Both the position numbers and the translations under genes were made by a program. The notes under the pieces are model-generated. The model worked only from the letters and a program-made list of their open reading frames with translations, had not been told where the DNA came from and did not search any database. DNA of 64,000 bases from assembly GCA_016720655.1 (NCBI GenBank), contig JADKKE010000033.1, forward strand, positions 177,923 through 241,922, read 5' to 3'. The stretch comes from Bacteroidota bacterium. GTDB lineage: Bacteria > Bacteroidota > Bacteroidia > AKYH767-A > 2013-40CM-41-45. Below are positions 56,201 through 64,000 of the stretch, piece by piece (within the stretch, counting starts at the first letter, position 1; the number at the start of each line of letters is the position of its first letter).

Positions 56201-57541
56201 ACAGTTCAGAAAATGGTAGCATTCGGTAATCTTACGACAGGCTCTCTTGTGATCGACACACTTTTCCTGAACAATCCGGGCAAAACAACAAATATGGTAA
56301 GTAGTTTGACCATCGGCAGCGAGCTGATTGCAAACGGAACACCTGCTTTTCCAATTCTCCTGCAGGGAAGTACTTTTGCAGTACTCAATAAAGCATCCGG
56401 ACAAGTTTGTCTGAGCGATGTCCTTGTTAGCAATGTAACAACAGGCGGCGGTGCACAGTTTTATGCGGGCCAGGGTTGTGTAGATCTTGGCGGAAACACA
56501 GGCTGGCAATTTATTCCTTGCACAGTGACCTCGGATGTTTGGCCCGGCGATGCAAACTATGATCTAATTTGTGACAATGTTGACATCCTTAATATTGGTG
56601 TTGCATTTAATGAATCAGGTCCGCTGCGTACAGGGGCATCAACTTCATGGGTCGCACAACCGGCAAATGATTTTGGCACATGGTTCAGCAATGCAGTGAA
56701 TATGAAACATGCCGATTGCGACGGAGATGGAACGGTGAACTATGCAGATACATTGGCTGTGAATCAGAATTACAGTTTGAACCATCCTGCACGACTTGCC
56801 AATGTTCCGAATCACATCGACTCCTCTTTACCTCCTTTGACCTTGGTGGCATCTCCGGATACTGTGGCCCCCTCCGCTACGGTATTCGTTGATGTCCAGC
56901 TTGGAACATCACTATTGCCAGTTGATAGTTTGTATGGAATAGCATTCAGCGTTCATTATGATCCGGCCATCATTGATGCAAATTCCTTGCATGCAGATTT
57001 TGCTGGCTCATGGCTGGGTACAGTCGGAACAGATATGATCGGGTTTGTTCGAAATAATCCTGCAGAAGGCCGTGTGGATTTCACGCTTTGCAGAACAGAT
57101 CATACTAATATTTATGGCGGCAATGGACATTTGGTATTGTTTGATGTTGTAGTTGTTGATAATATTTCAACGCTAAGCGATGCCTTGTTTAGTTTATCCA
57201 ATGTCACAGCAATAACCTATACACAGTTCAATCTTGCTATTGGACGAATGAACGACACCATTACTGTTGATCCACTACTGGGTATTCACAAACCTGTTGA
57301 TCTCGCATCAAACTTCTTCGTTTTCCCGAATCCGGCTAAAGATAAAGTAACGATTGTGTCGCACGATGTACAATTGAAATCTATCCTCGTCTATGATATG
57401 CAAGGCCGGATAGTACAGAGTGTAAATCCGGGATTTAACGAAGCGACAATCAACCTGATTAATTTATCCTCCGGCGTATATGAAATGCGTTGCATCACCG
57501 ACAAAGGAGATTATCACTCCCGCCTTCAAATAACCCGGTAA
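53219..57541 (+). CDS. T9SS-sorted secreted protein with 3 x ~370-aa repeats plus dockerin-like and cohesin-like modules
   Basis: There is a signal peptide. Repeats begin YYWVGGSGNWSD..HW..SSGG at about aa 30, 400 and 745. A dockerin-like pair follows (GDANYDLICDNVDILNIG ... ADCDGDGTVNYADTLAV). A cohesin-like segment is next (TVAPSATVFVDVQLGT...YGIAFSVHYDPAII). The tail reads FPNPAKDKVTIV...GVYEMRCITDKG. Confidence 0.7.
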   Translation: MQKTMKTISRFYLRLLAILFLLPLISNAADYYWVGGSGNWSDYSNHWATSSGGSVFHAGIPTLNDDVIVDNLSFSAPGQTLLLDSTFYYCKSMTWSGIQFNPELQGNGATLYVYGSLTLDPAMVFSNTLLVFRGTGAGNTFSPGNQTFYHITFDSFGEYSLSDALHSNQDIRLQSGASLDANGYDITCRSIFSDNGTNITLGDIDINLDGVWNDAQTSRTVQLNGNVVNSASTNLFFHCNIGFVNAIVNPIVVDSISFSNTGSVHGTTANYLSVAAVSNLNTCTIGKALFGASDAYLTDCTFDTLQGHSFVFSGDATVITVNSLFDLQSDCNNLASLKSFNSPSGYTELNIPSGTVSIDWVNLEAIHAIGGATFVANNVIDLGNNTGWSITPITPRDLYWVGGSGNWNDGAHWSLTSGGSSAGCKPTLLDNAFFDANSFLGNDTVTSDQYEVEVNSLSVSGLTSNPMFLGSILSVYGSLTLDPQLRWQMMSVHLKGNVPLQTITTNGLALNYVEVLSGSSYQLQDDLYCEEFYLITGELNLNGKRLDATIVNTYTGTTLDAFNSTISGKEITLSSVVNGSNSTSLILDRPASVLLSPGNFYSVLFQEDGVLTSDLTAHYLTANSNLEVNDTVYVVVADLHKNTHWKSTGVIDSLLLNNGGYNLTLDPGVFLNINATIISNGDCNHLVGINSSVYGQQANIGIASGPLTIDYVQVSNIIANSTITANNSIDAGNNLGWTINSPASRNLFWIGGSGNWSDAAHWSLSSGGSAASCIPSAVDNVVVDSNSGLASGTMTVDLSNAAVHNIDLSNAGPGIVLTGENLQVMGSMSLASGMDWQLTTLTLSPQSGTSQITSSGTRFFDVVVNGTGTISLNDEWYGRTLDIQSGSFDMNGQDLSTSVITSATGTNFISGAVTITVANFYLQGSISNSSSTDFICKHLPVPYNVNNLFLFRTSGTYRDITVMESGLSFLNTDVNCRVITAYGDFSYAGYASVDTVQKMVAFGNLTTGSLVIDTLFLNNPGKTTNMVSSLTIGSELIANGTPAFPILLQGSTFAVLNKASGQVCLSDVLVSNVTTGGGAQFYAGQGCVDLGGNTGWQFIPCTVTSDVWPGDANYDLICDNVDILNIGVAFNESGPLRTGASTSWVAQPANDFGTWFSNAVNMKHADCDGDGTVNYADTLAVNQNYSLNHPARLANVPNHIDSSLPPLTLVASPDTVAPSATVFVDVQLGTSLLPVDSLYGIAFSVHYDPAIIDANSLHADFAGSWLGTVGTDMIGFVRNNPAEGRVDFTLCRTDHTNIYGGNGHLVLFDVVVVDNISTLSDALFSLSNVTAITYTQFNLAIGRMNDTITVDPLLGIHKPVDLASNFFVFPNPAKDKVTIVSHDVQLKSILVYDMQGRIVQSVNPGFNEATINLINLSSGVYEMRCITDKGDYHSRLQITR

Positions 57542-57555
57542 ACATTTTACCAAAT

Positions 57556-57598
57556 AAAAAAAAGCGAGCCGTACCCACAAGTACAGCTCGCTTTTTTA
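57556..57598. terminator. Bidirectional terminator
   Basis: The element reads AAAAAAAGCGAGC-...-GCTCGCTTTTTT. Confidence 0.6.
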
Positions 57599-57670
57599 TG
57601 TTCAATTAATCTGATGTGAGGCTGAACCTACAATCTACAATCATCAATCAAAAATCTACAATCCTCCGGC

Positions 57671-58496
57671 TCACTTCCCTTTTTCATTGCTCAGCGCTTC
57701 ATTAAAAGTAAAATCCACACTTGATCCTTCTGTTTTCAGAACTGCATTCTCGGTAAATGTATCGTTCCAGCGGAGGAGCATCTCTACTTTTTGCATATCC
57801 ATTGAAGCACCACCTTGCATTCGGTTCCATTCTGCAACAAATGCAGCATCTTCGCCTTTGTACAGGAGTATTGGTTTTGGATTGGTTTGTGCAGTAGCAT
57901 AGTCGTTTCCATCCGGCATTTTTACAGAAATTCGTGAAGGATAAATTATTCCAATCTGATCACCGGTATACACGCACTTAAATTTAACAGCTGTTTTGTC
58001 GGTTTCTTTGGACAGCTTACTCATGGTGCAATTGAAGTTACCCGAACTGAATTGGGTTTTGGGAGGGAGGCAAACGAAAATCAGGTGTTGCAATTCCTTT
58101 TTTATTTTCCGGAATCCTGTAGAGACCACCCACGACAAACGAATAATTTTTTATTGTGTTATATCCTGTTCCTTTGAGGTTGATCACACGTGATGCGGAA
58201 CCGAAGGGTTCAACAACAACCCATTTTTCTGTCGGACTTGATTCTTTTCCATCAATTTTAAATTTACTCTCTTCTGGCTTGTACAAAATAAAGTCGCCGG
58301 ATTTATTGGTGATCCGTACCTTGAATTTTATTTCCGCATCTGTAGCGACAGCATCAACGAAACCAATACTGAACTCATTCGTTTCGTATTTTGTTTCGTT
58401 GTAATAAATTTTTTCATATTTAATTTCCTTTTCATTTTTTTGCGAAAATCCGGTGATTGTGCAAACCAGGAGACTGATGATTAATAAATATTTCAT
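57671..58496 (-). CDS. Secreted hypothetical protein (~275 aa), frameshifted near 58100
   Basis: The pieces 58038..58496 (signal peptide MKYLLIISLLVCTITGFSQ) and 57671..58138 overlap. The junction lies at a T6 run (ccttttttatttt). Confidence 0.45.
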
Positions 58497-58649
58497 ATCG
58501 AATGTTTTTTAGCGAAACAAAATTATTGAAATCTCTGAGAAATAAAAACCGGATGAATTTCTATAGCAAAGCTGGCCTTCTTGCTCTGTTTTTTATAATA
58601 CTCGATTCAAAATACTGATGGATCGGGTAGCCGTACCGAAAATGATCGT

Positions 58650-61196
58650 TTACGGTAAAACGGTTTCGTTTCTTGTTTGAACCGGGACAGTGAGAACAAT
58701 CTGGGTTCCATCATTGGATTTAATCTGAAGATTCCCACCCATCATTGTGGCTCTTTCCTGCATCCCAAGCAAACCAAGGGTTTTGGGAGATTTCAAGGTT
58801 TTTTTATCGATACCGTGACCATTGTCGCTGATGGTGAGAATGATATTTCCATGCTTCCGAATGAGGGAACTATTCACATTGGATGCTCCGGAATGTCTGG
58901 CAATATTCGTAAGTGATTCCTGGTAAACCCTGAAAATTCCGGTGGCAGTTGCCTTTTCGTAGGGGTCATCAGCGAGGCTGGTTGAGAAGTCGGTGTGAAT
59001 GCCTGTCCGTTTCTGAAACTCCTGACTTTGCCATTCCAGAGCGGCGACCAATCCAAGATCATCAAGAATTCCAGGGCGCAGTTCTGTTGAAATTCGTCGT
59101 ACTGTTTTTACAGTGTCATCGACCAGAGTAATCATATTTTCCACTTTAGAATCCAGCTGATCGATTTCTTTTGGTAGTTTCCTCCGTAGCCAGGATAAAT
59201 CGATTTTCAGACTGGTCAATTGTTGTCCCAATTCATCGTGAATTTCCCGCGATATTTTTGTTCGCTCTTCCTCACGCACCTTAAGTAAATGTGAAGAAAG
59301 CAAGCGAAGTTGCTCATTCATCAGGCTCATTTCCTGTTGCGCATTTTTTTGAATGGAAATATCTCTTGTGATTGCCAGGGAGGAGATAATTTCTCCTGAT
59401 GAATTTCTCATGGGTACAACATGCGACTCAACCCATCGGTTAGTACCCGTTAAGGTTGTAATTTCGAATTCATATTTGAATGGGCGGCCCTCATCGAATA
59501 CCAAATTTGAAAATTTCTGATACTCAAGTTTGTACGCGTCATGAATAAGGTAAAGGACATTTTTTCCAATCACCTGTTCGCTATTTTTTGCTTCAATCAT
59601 CTCCAGACCGGCAGGATTCATTTCCAGAATTATTCCATTTCGATCAACCAATTTGATGCATTCCGGTTCTGTTTGCACAATCGTTCGTAACCTGTTTTCG
59701 CTTTCTGCGAGATCCTCTTGGTATTTTTTAATGCTGGTGAGATCAAATAATGTTCCAATCAGTTTTACAGGCAATCCAAGTTCATTTCTAAGAATGAATC
59801 CCCGGATATAATAAACACCGTATGTTCCATCGGAACGCAATATTCGGAATTCATCAGACCAGTAAGGGCTTTCGGATTCGAAGGCTTTGACAACTCCGGA
59901 CATTACCCGTATTGTATCATCCGGATGAATCAAACTTTGAAAAAAGTTTATATTCATTTCAATGGAGCCCGGCTCGTATTTTAGCAATTTGAAAAGATTG
60001 TCACTCCACCACGATTTCCATTCTTCCAAATCCACCTCCCAAACACCATCGTTGGTGGCCATCAGCGCATATTGAAAGCGTTCATTTGTCTTTCGAATTT
60101 CCGCTTCATTTCGAAGTCGTTCACTTATATCACGAACAGTTCCCAGGATTCTTCCGTCAGGCAGCTGCGTGCCACTCATTTCTACCGGAATTTGGATATC
60201 GCCTTTGCACTTCAATTGTTTCGTTGAAAAATTCGTTGTCCCTTTAAGAAAATTATCAAACCATTGATCCGGTTTTTTTCCGTTTATTTCAAAAAGTTCT
60301 TTGATATTCATTCCTTTCAATTCGTCTTCCGAATAGCCAAAGAGAGCAAGGGCGCTGCTGTTTACTTCTATGTTGTTTCCGGTTTCATCCGCGATGAAAA
60401 TAGCATGTTCAGAAGATTCGAGGAGTGCCTGAAAGCGGAGTTCGCTGTTTAATAATTTTCGCTTAGCAATAATTTCTTCAGTGACATCAATAGCAAGAAC
60501 ATTTCTGACTCTTCGATTATTGAATTCAATTGTATGGTAGTGAATTTCAGCAAAGATAATTGAACCATCTTTTTTCTGATGCTTCCAGACTCCACTATAA
60601 TGCTCCTGATCGTTTGTGTTTTTTACATGATCAAGATATTTTTGGAGCTCTTCAGGCGGTCGAATTTCGGTTGCACGCATTGATAAAAACTCTTCCCGCG
60701 TATAGCCATAATGTTTAATTGCAGCAGTATTAACATCTATGTATCGAAGTGACTCCACATCGACAGTCCACATTGGAACTGGATTCATTTCGAAAAGAAT
60801 CTGATACTTTTTATTCGATTCAAAATCAGGGTTCCATTCTTTTTTTCGATTTGTAATTTCTTTAATAATCAGTGTAGTACCTGTTGGTGAAGGATAAATT
60901 GAAAAATGGTACCATTTGTTGAATGGAGGATAATAATCTTCCAGAAAAACATTGGATTGCTCGCTCTTGCTTTTTTGAAGCTCAATAAAAAATTTCTGAT
61001 TCACCAGTCCCTGAAACTCATCAAAGATGCTTTTGCCAAGAATATTTATACCTCGTTTCTCCAAAATATTCTGAGCAAATGGATTGACATATATGCAAAC
61101 ATCATCCATATTGAGTGAAATAATTGCATCATTGATTCGATCCAGCATTTCTGCAACACTGATTCCGGAATTCTGAATTCCCGCTTGTTCGTTCAT
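58650..61196 (-). CDS. Multi-PAS sensor histidine kinase (HisKA_3/NarL-type DHp + HATPase_c)
   Basis: At least four PAS/PAC modules are present. The H-box is EEERTKISREIHDELGQQLTSLK. The C-terminal ATPase region reads ...ILTISDNGHGI...GLLGMQERA. There are no TM segments. Confidence 0.85.
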   Translation of the reverse strand: MNEQAGIQNSGISVAEMLDRINDAIISLNMDDVCIYVNPFAQNILEKRGINILGKSIFDEFQGLVNQKFFIELQKSKSEQSNVFLEDYYPPFNKWYHFSIYPSPTGTTLIIKEITNRKKEWNPDFESNKKYQILFEMNPVPMWTVDVESLRYIDVNTAAIKHYGYTREEFLSMRATEIRPPEELQKYLDHVKNTNDQEHYSGVWKHQKKDGSIIFAEIHYHTIEFNNRRVRNVLAIDVTEEIIAKRKLLNSELRFQALLESSEHAIFIADETGNNIEVNSSALALFGYSEDELKGMNIKELFEINGKKPDQWFDNFLKGTTNFSTKQLKCKGDIQIPVEMSGTQLPDGRILGTVRDISERLRNEAEIRKTNERFQYALMATNDGVWEVDLEEWKSWWSDNLFKLLKYEPGSIEMNINFFQSLIHPDDTIRVMSGVVKAFESESPYWSDEFRILRSDGTYGVYYIRGFILRNELGLPVKLIGTLFDLTSIKKYQEDLAESENRLRTIVQTEPECIKLVDRNGIILEMNPAGLEMIEAKNSEQVIGKNVLYLIHDAYKLEYQKFSNLVFDEGRPFKYEFEITTLTGTNRWVESHVVPMRNSSGEIISSLAITRDISIQKNAQQEMSLMNEQLRLLSSHLLKVREEERTKISREIHDELGQQLTSLKIDLSWLRRKLPKEIDQLDSKVENMITLVDDTVKTVRRISTELRPGILDDLGLVAALEWQSQEFQKRTGIHTDFSTSLADDPYEKATATGIFRVYQESLTNIARHSGASNVNSSLIRKHGNIILTISDNGHGIDKKTLKSPKTLGLLGMQERATMMGGNLQIKSNDGTQIVLTVPVQTRNETVLP

Positions 61197-61524
61197 GTGT
61201 GTTTCTTTTAATTAACCCCTCCACTAAGCGTTATAATCATCTCTGGTTAACACGTAAATCTTTACCTTTCGCACGATTCAAAGTAAATGATTAGAAAATA
61301 AAAAGCCCTCGTTTCCACAACAGGCTTTTTTTAGTATTGATTCGAATTCTGTCACTTTCGCGCAGTTCAGAATTATTTCCAGTGTATTAAAGGTAGTGAC
61401 AAGAGTGTGAAAAAGAAAGACTTTTCGCTTTGCTTAGATTAAATTTATTAATAACCGGAAATTGAATTCTTTCCAGGCGGGATCAGGGAAGAATGAAAGC
61501 GAAAGCTGAACCCTGCGCTTTTTG

Positions 61525-63159
61525 TTAATGTCCGGCAGCCAACTGTTGATCGAAATCCATTCCCTGGTCCTTGAGTATTTTTTTCGTCCGAAGTGCATGC
61601 CATGCCATGTAAGCAAAACAAAGCAAAGGTAAGACATAACTGAAGTGTGTATAGGATAATCCTGCAATACCTTCAGGATGAACTTTGTCGAAATCACAGA
61701 TTACGCCTTGCATTGGCGGAATGATGGCGCCTCCGAGAATCATCATAATGAGAAATGCGGAACCCTGACTGGTATACTTCCCAAGCCCTGCGATTGCCAA
61801 TGCAAAAATACAGGGCCACATTACTGAACAACAAAGACCACCACTGATAAAAGCGAAGGTGCTTACCTGGCCCGTGGTTAAGAGTCCAATTAACATTGCA
61901 AGTGTTCCGAAAGCAGCCATTGTGAACAGCATTCTTGCCGGGCGTTCGTTTGCATAGAAAAAAGCAAGAATGAGGAAACACACACAAATGATATATACGT
62001 ATAGATTGCTCACATCATTTCCGCGAAGATGATTTACCAGCAGGATAATGCCGAAAGCAAGCAAAGGCACAATAACGGTGAGGAGTTGCTTTGTTGACTT
62101 CTTTAAATTGAAGACTGCAACGGCACCGGTCCATCGACCAATCATCAGACTTCCCCAGTAGAGAGATATAAATTGCGAGATGAATTTTGCATCCAATCCG
62201 CCAAACTCAGGCTGGCGCAACAATGCCCCCATATTACTTTGTACTGTTACTTCCATCCCAACATAAATGAAGATGGCAATCATTCCAAGCACAAGTTGTG
62301 GATATTGCATGGCTCCCCACCCTTTTGGATTTTTTTGGGCGGCAATGAGCGCATAAAACAGGAGTCCAAGTATAACCACCAGTGAACCAAGAACCAGATA
62401 CACTTTTTCATTTTCACCGAACATTGTGTTAAAAAACAACAAGACAATAGTCGGAACTGCAATCAGAAACAAAAGTGACATTGCCTTGGAACTATTTTCC
62501 ACATGTTCTTCCAGGCGAATTGTAGGAAGTTTTTTTGAAGTCAGAAAGAAAATAGCAACAAGGAAAAACAAACCACCAAGAATGAGGTAAAGCGTTCGTA
62601 TCGATTGGATAGTTGCATTTCCGTCATTGTTCAGGTCACCGAAGAGCACATAACTCACTGCGAGGGGACCCAACAGAGTGCCGAGCGAATTGACCCCACC
62701 TGCAAAATTCAGTCGATGCGCACCCGTAGCCGGATTTCCCAAAGCGATGGCAAAAGGTTGTGCAGCGGTTTGTTGAAGTGAAAAACCAAGCGCGATGATA
62801 AAGAAACAGGCCAGAACCATACCGAAAGTGGCATGATCTCCGGAAGCGATGAAAGCAAGGGAAACTGCACCAATCACTGACATGCTCAGCCCAAGGATGA
62901 TTCCGTTTTTATATCCTATCCGGTTAAGAATATCCACCCCTGAAATCGTGGAAAACAAATAGAGCAGGAGGGAACCGAAAAAATAAGCACCATAAAAAGA
63001 GGTGTCGATTAATTGCGATTGGAATTGGTCGAGGTTAAAATGAGTCTTGCAGAAAGGGATAAATATTCCGTTTGAAGCGGCAACAAATCCCCAGAAAAAG
63101 AAGACTGTAACGAGTGTTGGCAATGCTCCTTTGCTGATGGCCTGACTTGAATTTCCCAT
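61525..63159 (-). CDS. MFS sugar transporter, FucP/GluP (L-fucose or glucose/galactose:H+ symporter) family
   Basis: There are 12 TM helices. The N-terminal signature is LVTVFFFWGFVAASNGIFIPFCK...QLIDTSFYGAYFFGS. Confidence 0.8.
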   Translation of the reverse strand: MGNSSQAISKGALPTLVTVFFFWGFVAASNGIFIPFCKTHFNLDQFQSQLIDTSFYGAYFFGSLLLYLFSTISGVDILNRIGYKNGIILGLSMSVIGAVSLAFIASGDHATFGMVLACFFIIALGFSLQQTAAQPFAIALGNPATGAHRLNFAGGVNSLGTLLGPLAVSYVLFGDLNNDGNATIQSIRTLYLILGGLFFLVAIFFLTSKKLPTIRLEEHVENSSKAMSLLFLIAVPTIVLLFFNTMFGENEKVYLVLGSLVVILGLLFYALIAAQKNPKGWGAMQYPQLVLGMIAIFIYVGMEVTVQSNMGALLRQPEFGGLDAKFISQFISLYWGSLMIGRWTGAVAVFNLKKSTKQLLTVIVPLLAFGIILLVNHLRGNDVSNLYVYIICVCFLILAFFYANERPARMLFTMAAFGTLAMLIGLLTTGQVSTFAFISGGLCCSVMWPCIFALAIAGLGKYTSQGSAFLIMMILGGAIIPPMQGVICDFDKVHPEGIAGLSYTHFSYVLPLLCFAYMAWHALRTKKILKDQGMDFDQQLAAGH

Positions 63160-63423
63160 AGAATACTTTTCTGAGTAATTGGATTTGAAAATAAGGATAT
63201 TCCCCTGCGATCGGGGCTAATCCTGCAACGTTGTAAAAATAGAAGAATGGTCAATTTGATTAAATCTCCTGCAAATAGTTTTGAACACTATCCATTCAAT
63301 TATTCGGACAGGTTTGGGGTGCTCGGAATTCTGAAATTTTACTTGCAGATCCGAAATATTGAATAAATTTGATCTGATCATATCAGGGATTTTAATTTTT
63401 GTCATTTTTTAAAACTGATTTTT

Positions 63424-63913
63424 ATGCATGCATTACGAATTGTTCTCATTGAAGACAACCGGGAGACGGCTAAAATGATTGAGGATTTTCTGCATACAAA
63501 TTTAAAATGGCAGAAACAATAGTGTATTCTTCGGAGAAGAGGCGATAGAAAAGACAAAAAATTACGCTGGAATTATTTATCATCGATTACTATCTTGATT
63601 CTGTAGACCCAAGGCTTTGGATGGTATCCAGATTATGATGCGATTGAAGGATGAACACGATGCACCGGTTATTTTTCTGAGTTCTCAGGAGAATGCAACG
63701 ATTTCAGCGAATACGATTAAATATGGAGCAGAAGATTATGTAGCGAAAAACAGTCAGGATTCTTTTAACAGACTCGAAATTGCAATCAACAATGTTTTGC
63801 ACAATATTCAATTACAAAAGGACATAGTGAAACAAAGACGATTTATCGGAATTATGGCATTCATTTTTTTAACCTTGATAGCCGGAGTAATTCTCACCAA
63901 AGTACTGAATTGA
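63424..63913 (+). pseudogene. Response-regulator receiver domain with C-terminal TM segment, disrupted by three or more frameshifts
   Basis: It begins MHALRIVLIEDNRETAKMIEDFLHTNLKWQKQ* (63424..). Fragments in other frames read ETIVYSSE..EAIEKTKNYAGII, IIDYYLDSVDP and DGIQIMMRLKDEHDAPVIFLSSQ (ORF 63617..63913). Together they rebuild a CheY-like receiver. The C-terminus FIGIMAFIFLTLIAGVILTKVLN is hydrophobic. Confidence 0.5.
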
Positions 63914-64000
63914 GAAACCGGCTTATTTTCTTTTTCGAAAAGTGGTTACAAGTAGCATATAGACAATGCAGGGGACCCAAATCCACAACAATTCACTTTT

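Noticed and set aside
61310-61335. A ttgattcgaattc string resembling a tRNA T-loop (GTTCGAATC)
   Set aside because: There is no flanking acceptor or anticodon stem complementarity. It is part of a weak terminator region after the kinase gene.

Overview
This 64-kb window looks like a Bacteroidetes chromosome (Flavobacteriia/Sphingobacteriia-like) judging by the gene content. It carries many T9SS C-terminal sorting domains, SprB-type repeats, a gliding-motility-associated C-terminal domain and TAnnTTTG-style promoter elements. The main features are as follows. (1) A ~9-kb stress-gene cluster at 1-9.4 kb. It holds an OmpA/TSP3 protein, an AraC regulator, a YceI-like gene, an lmo0937-family mini-protein, tandem PAP2 phosphatases, an outer-membrane beta-barrel and two YjbJ/CsbD-family genes. 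Six of its promoters share a precisely spaced three-element motif. (2) Two tandem minus-strand giant genes of about 3,900 codons each (11455..23314 and 24198..35848). Both encode T9SS-secreted multidomain proteins with a subtilisin S8 domain, SprB repeats and a conserved NPRVITN heptapeptide repeat block. They share a ~3.4-kb segment at roughly 90 % nucleotide identity and conserved non-coding islands in their long upstream regions. (3) Further T9SS cargo genes: a beta-propeller protein, a multicopper oxidase, a ~1,550-aa Ig-repeat adhesin with a type-B sorting domain, and a 1,440-aa protein with dockerin- and cohesin-like modules. (4) Housekeeping and regulatory genes: an RluF-like pseudouridine synthase, a TfoX_N protein, a GT39 glycosyltransferase, Ppx/GppA, a YfiR-like DUF4154 protein, a PAS histidine kinase, a FucP-type MFS transporter and a broken response regulator. 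At least eight genes are interrupted by single-base frameshifts, mostly at short homopolymers, so many ORF-track entries are halves of one gene. No rRNA, tRNA, CRISPR or transposase genes were seen.
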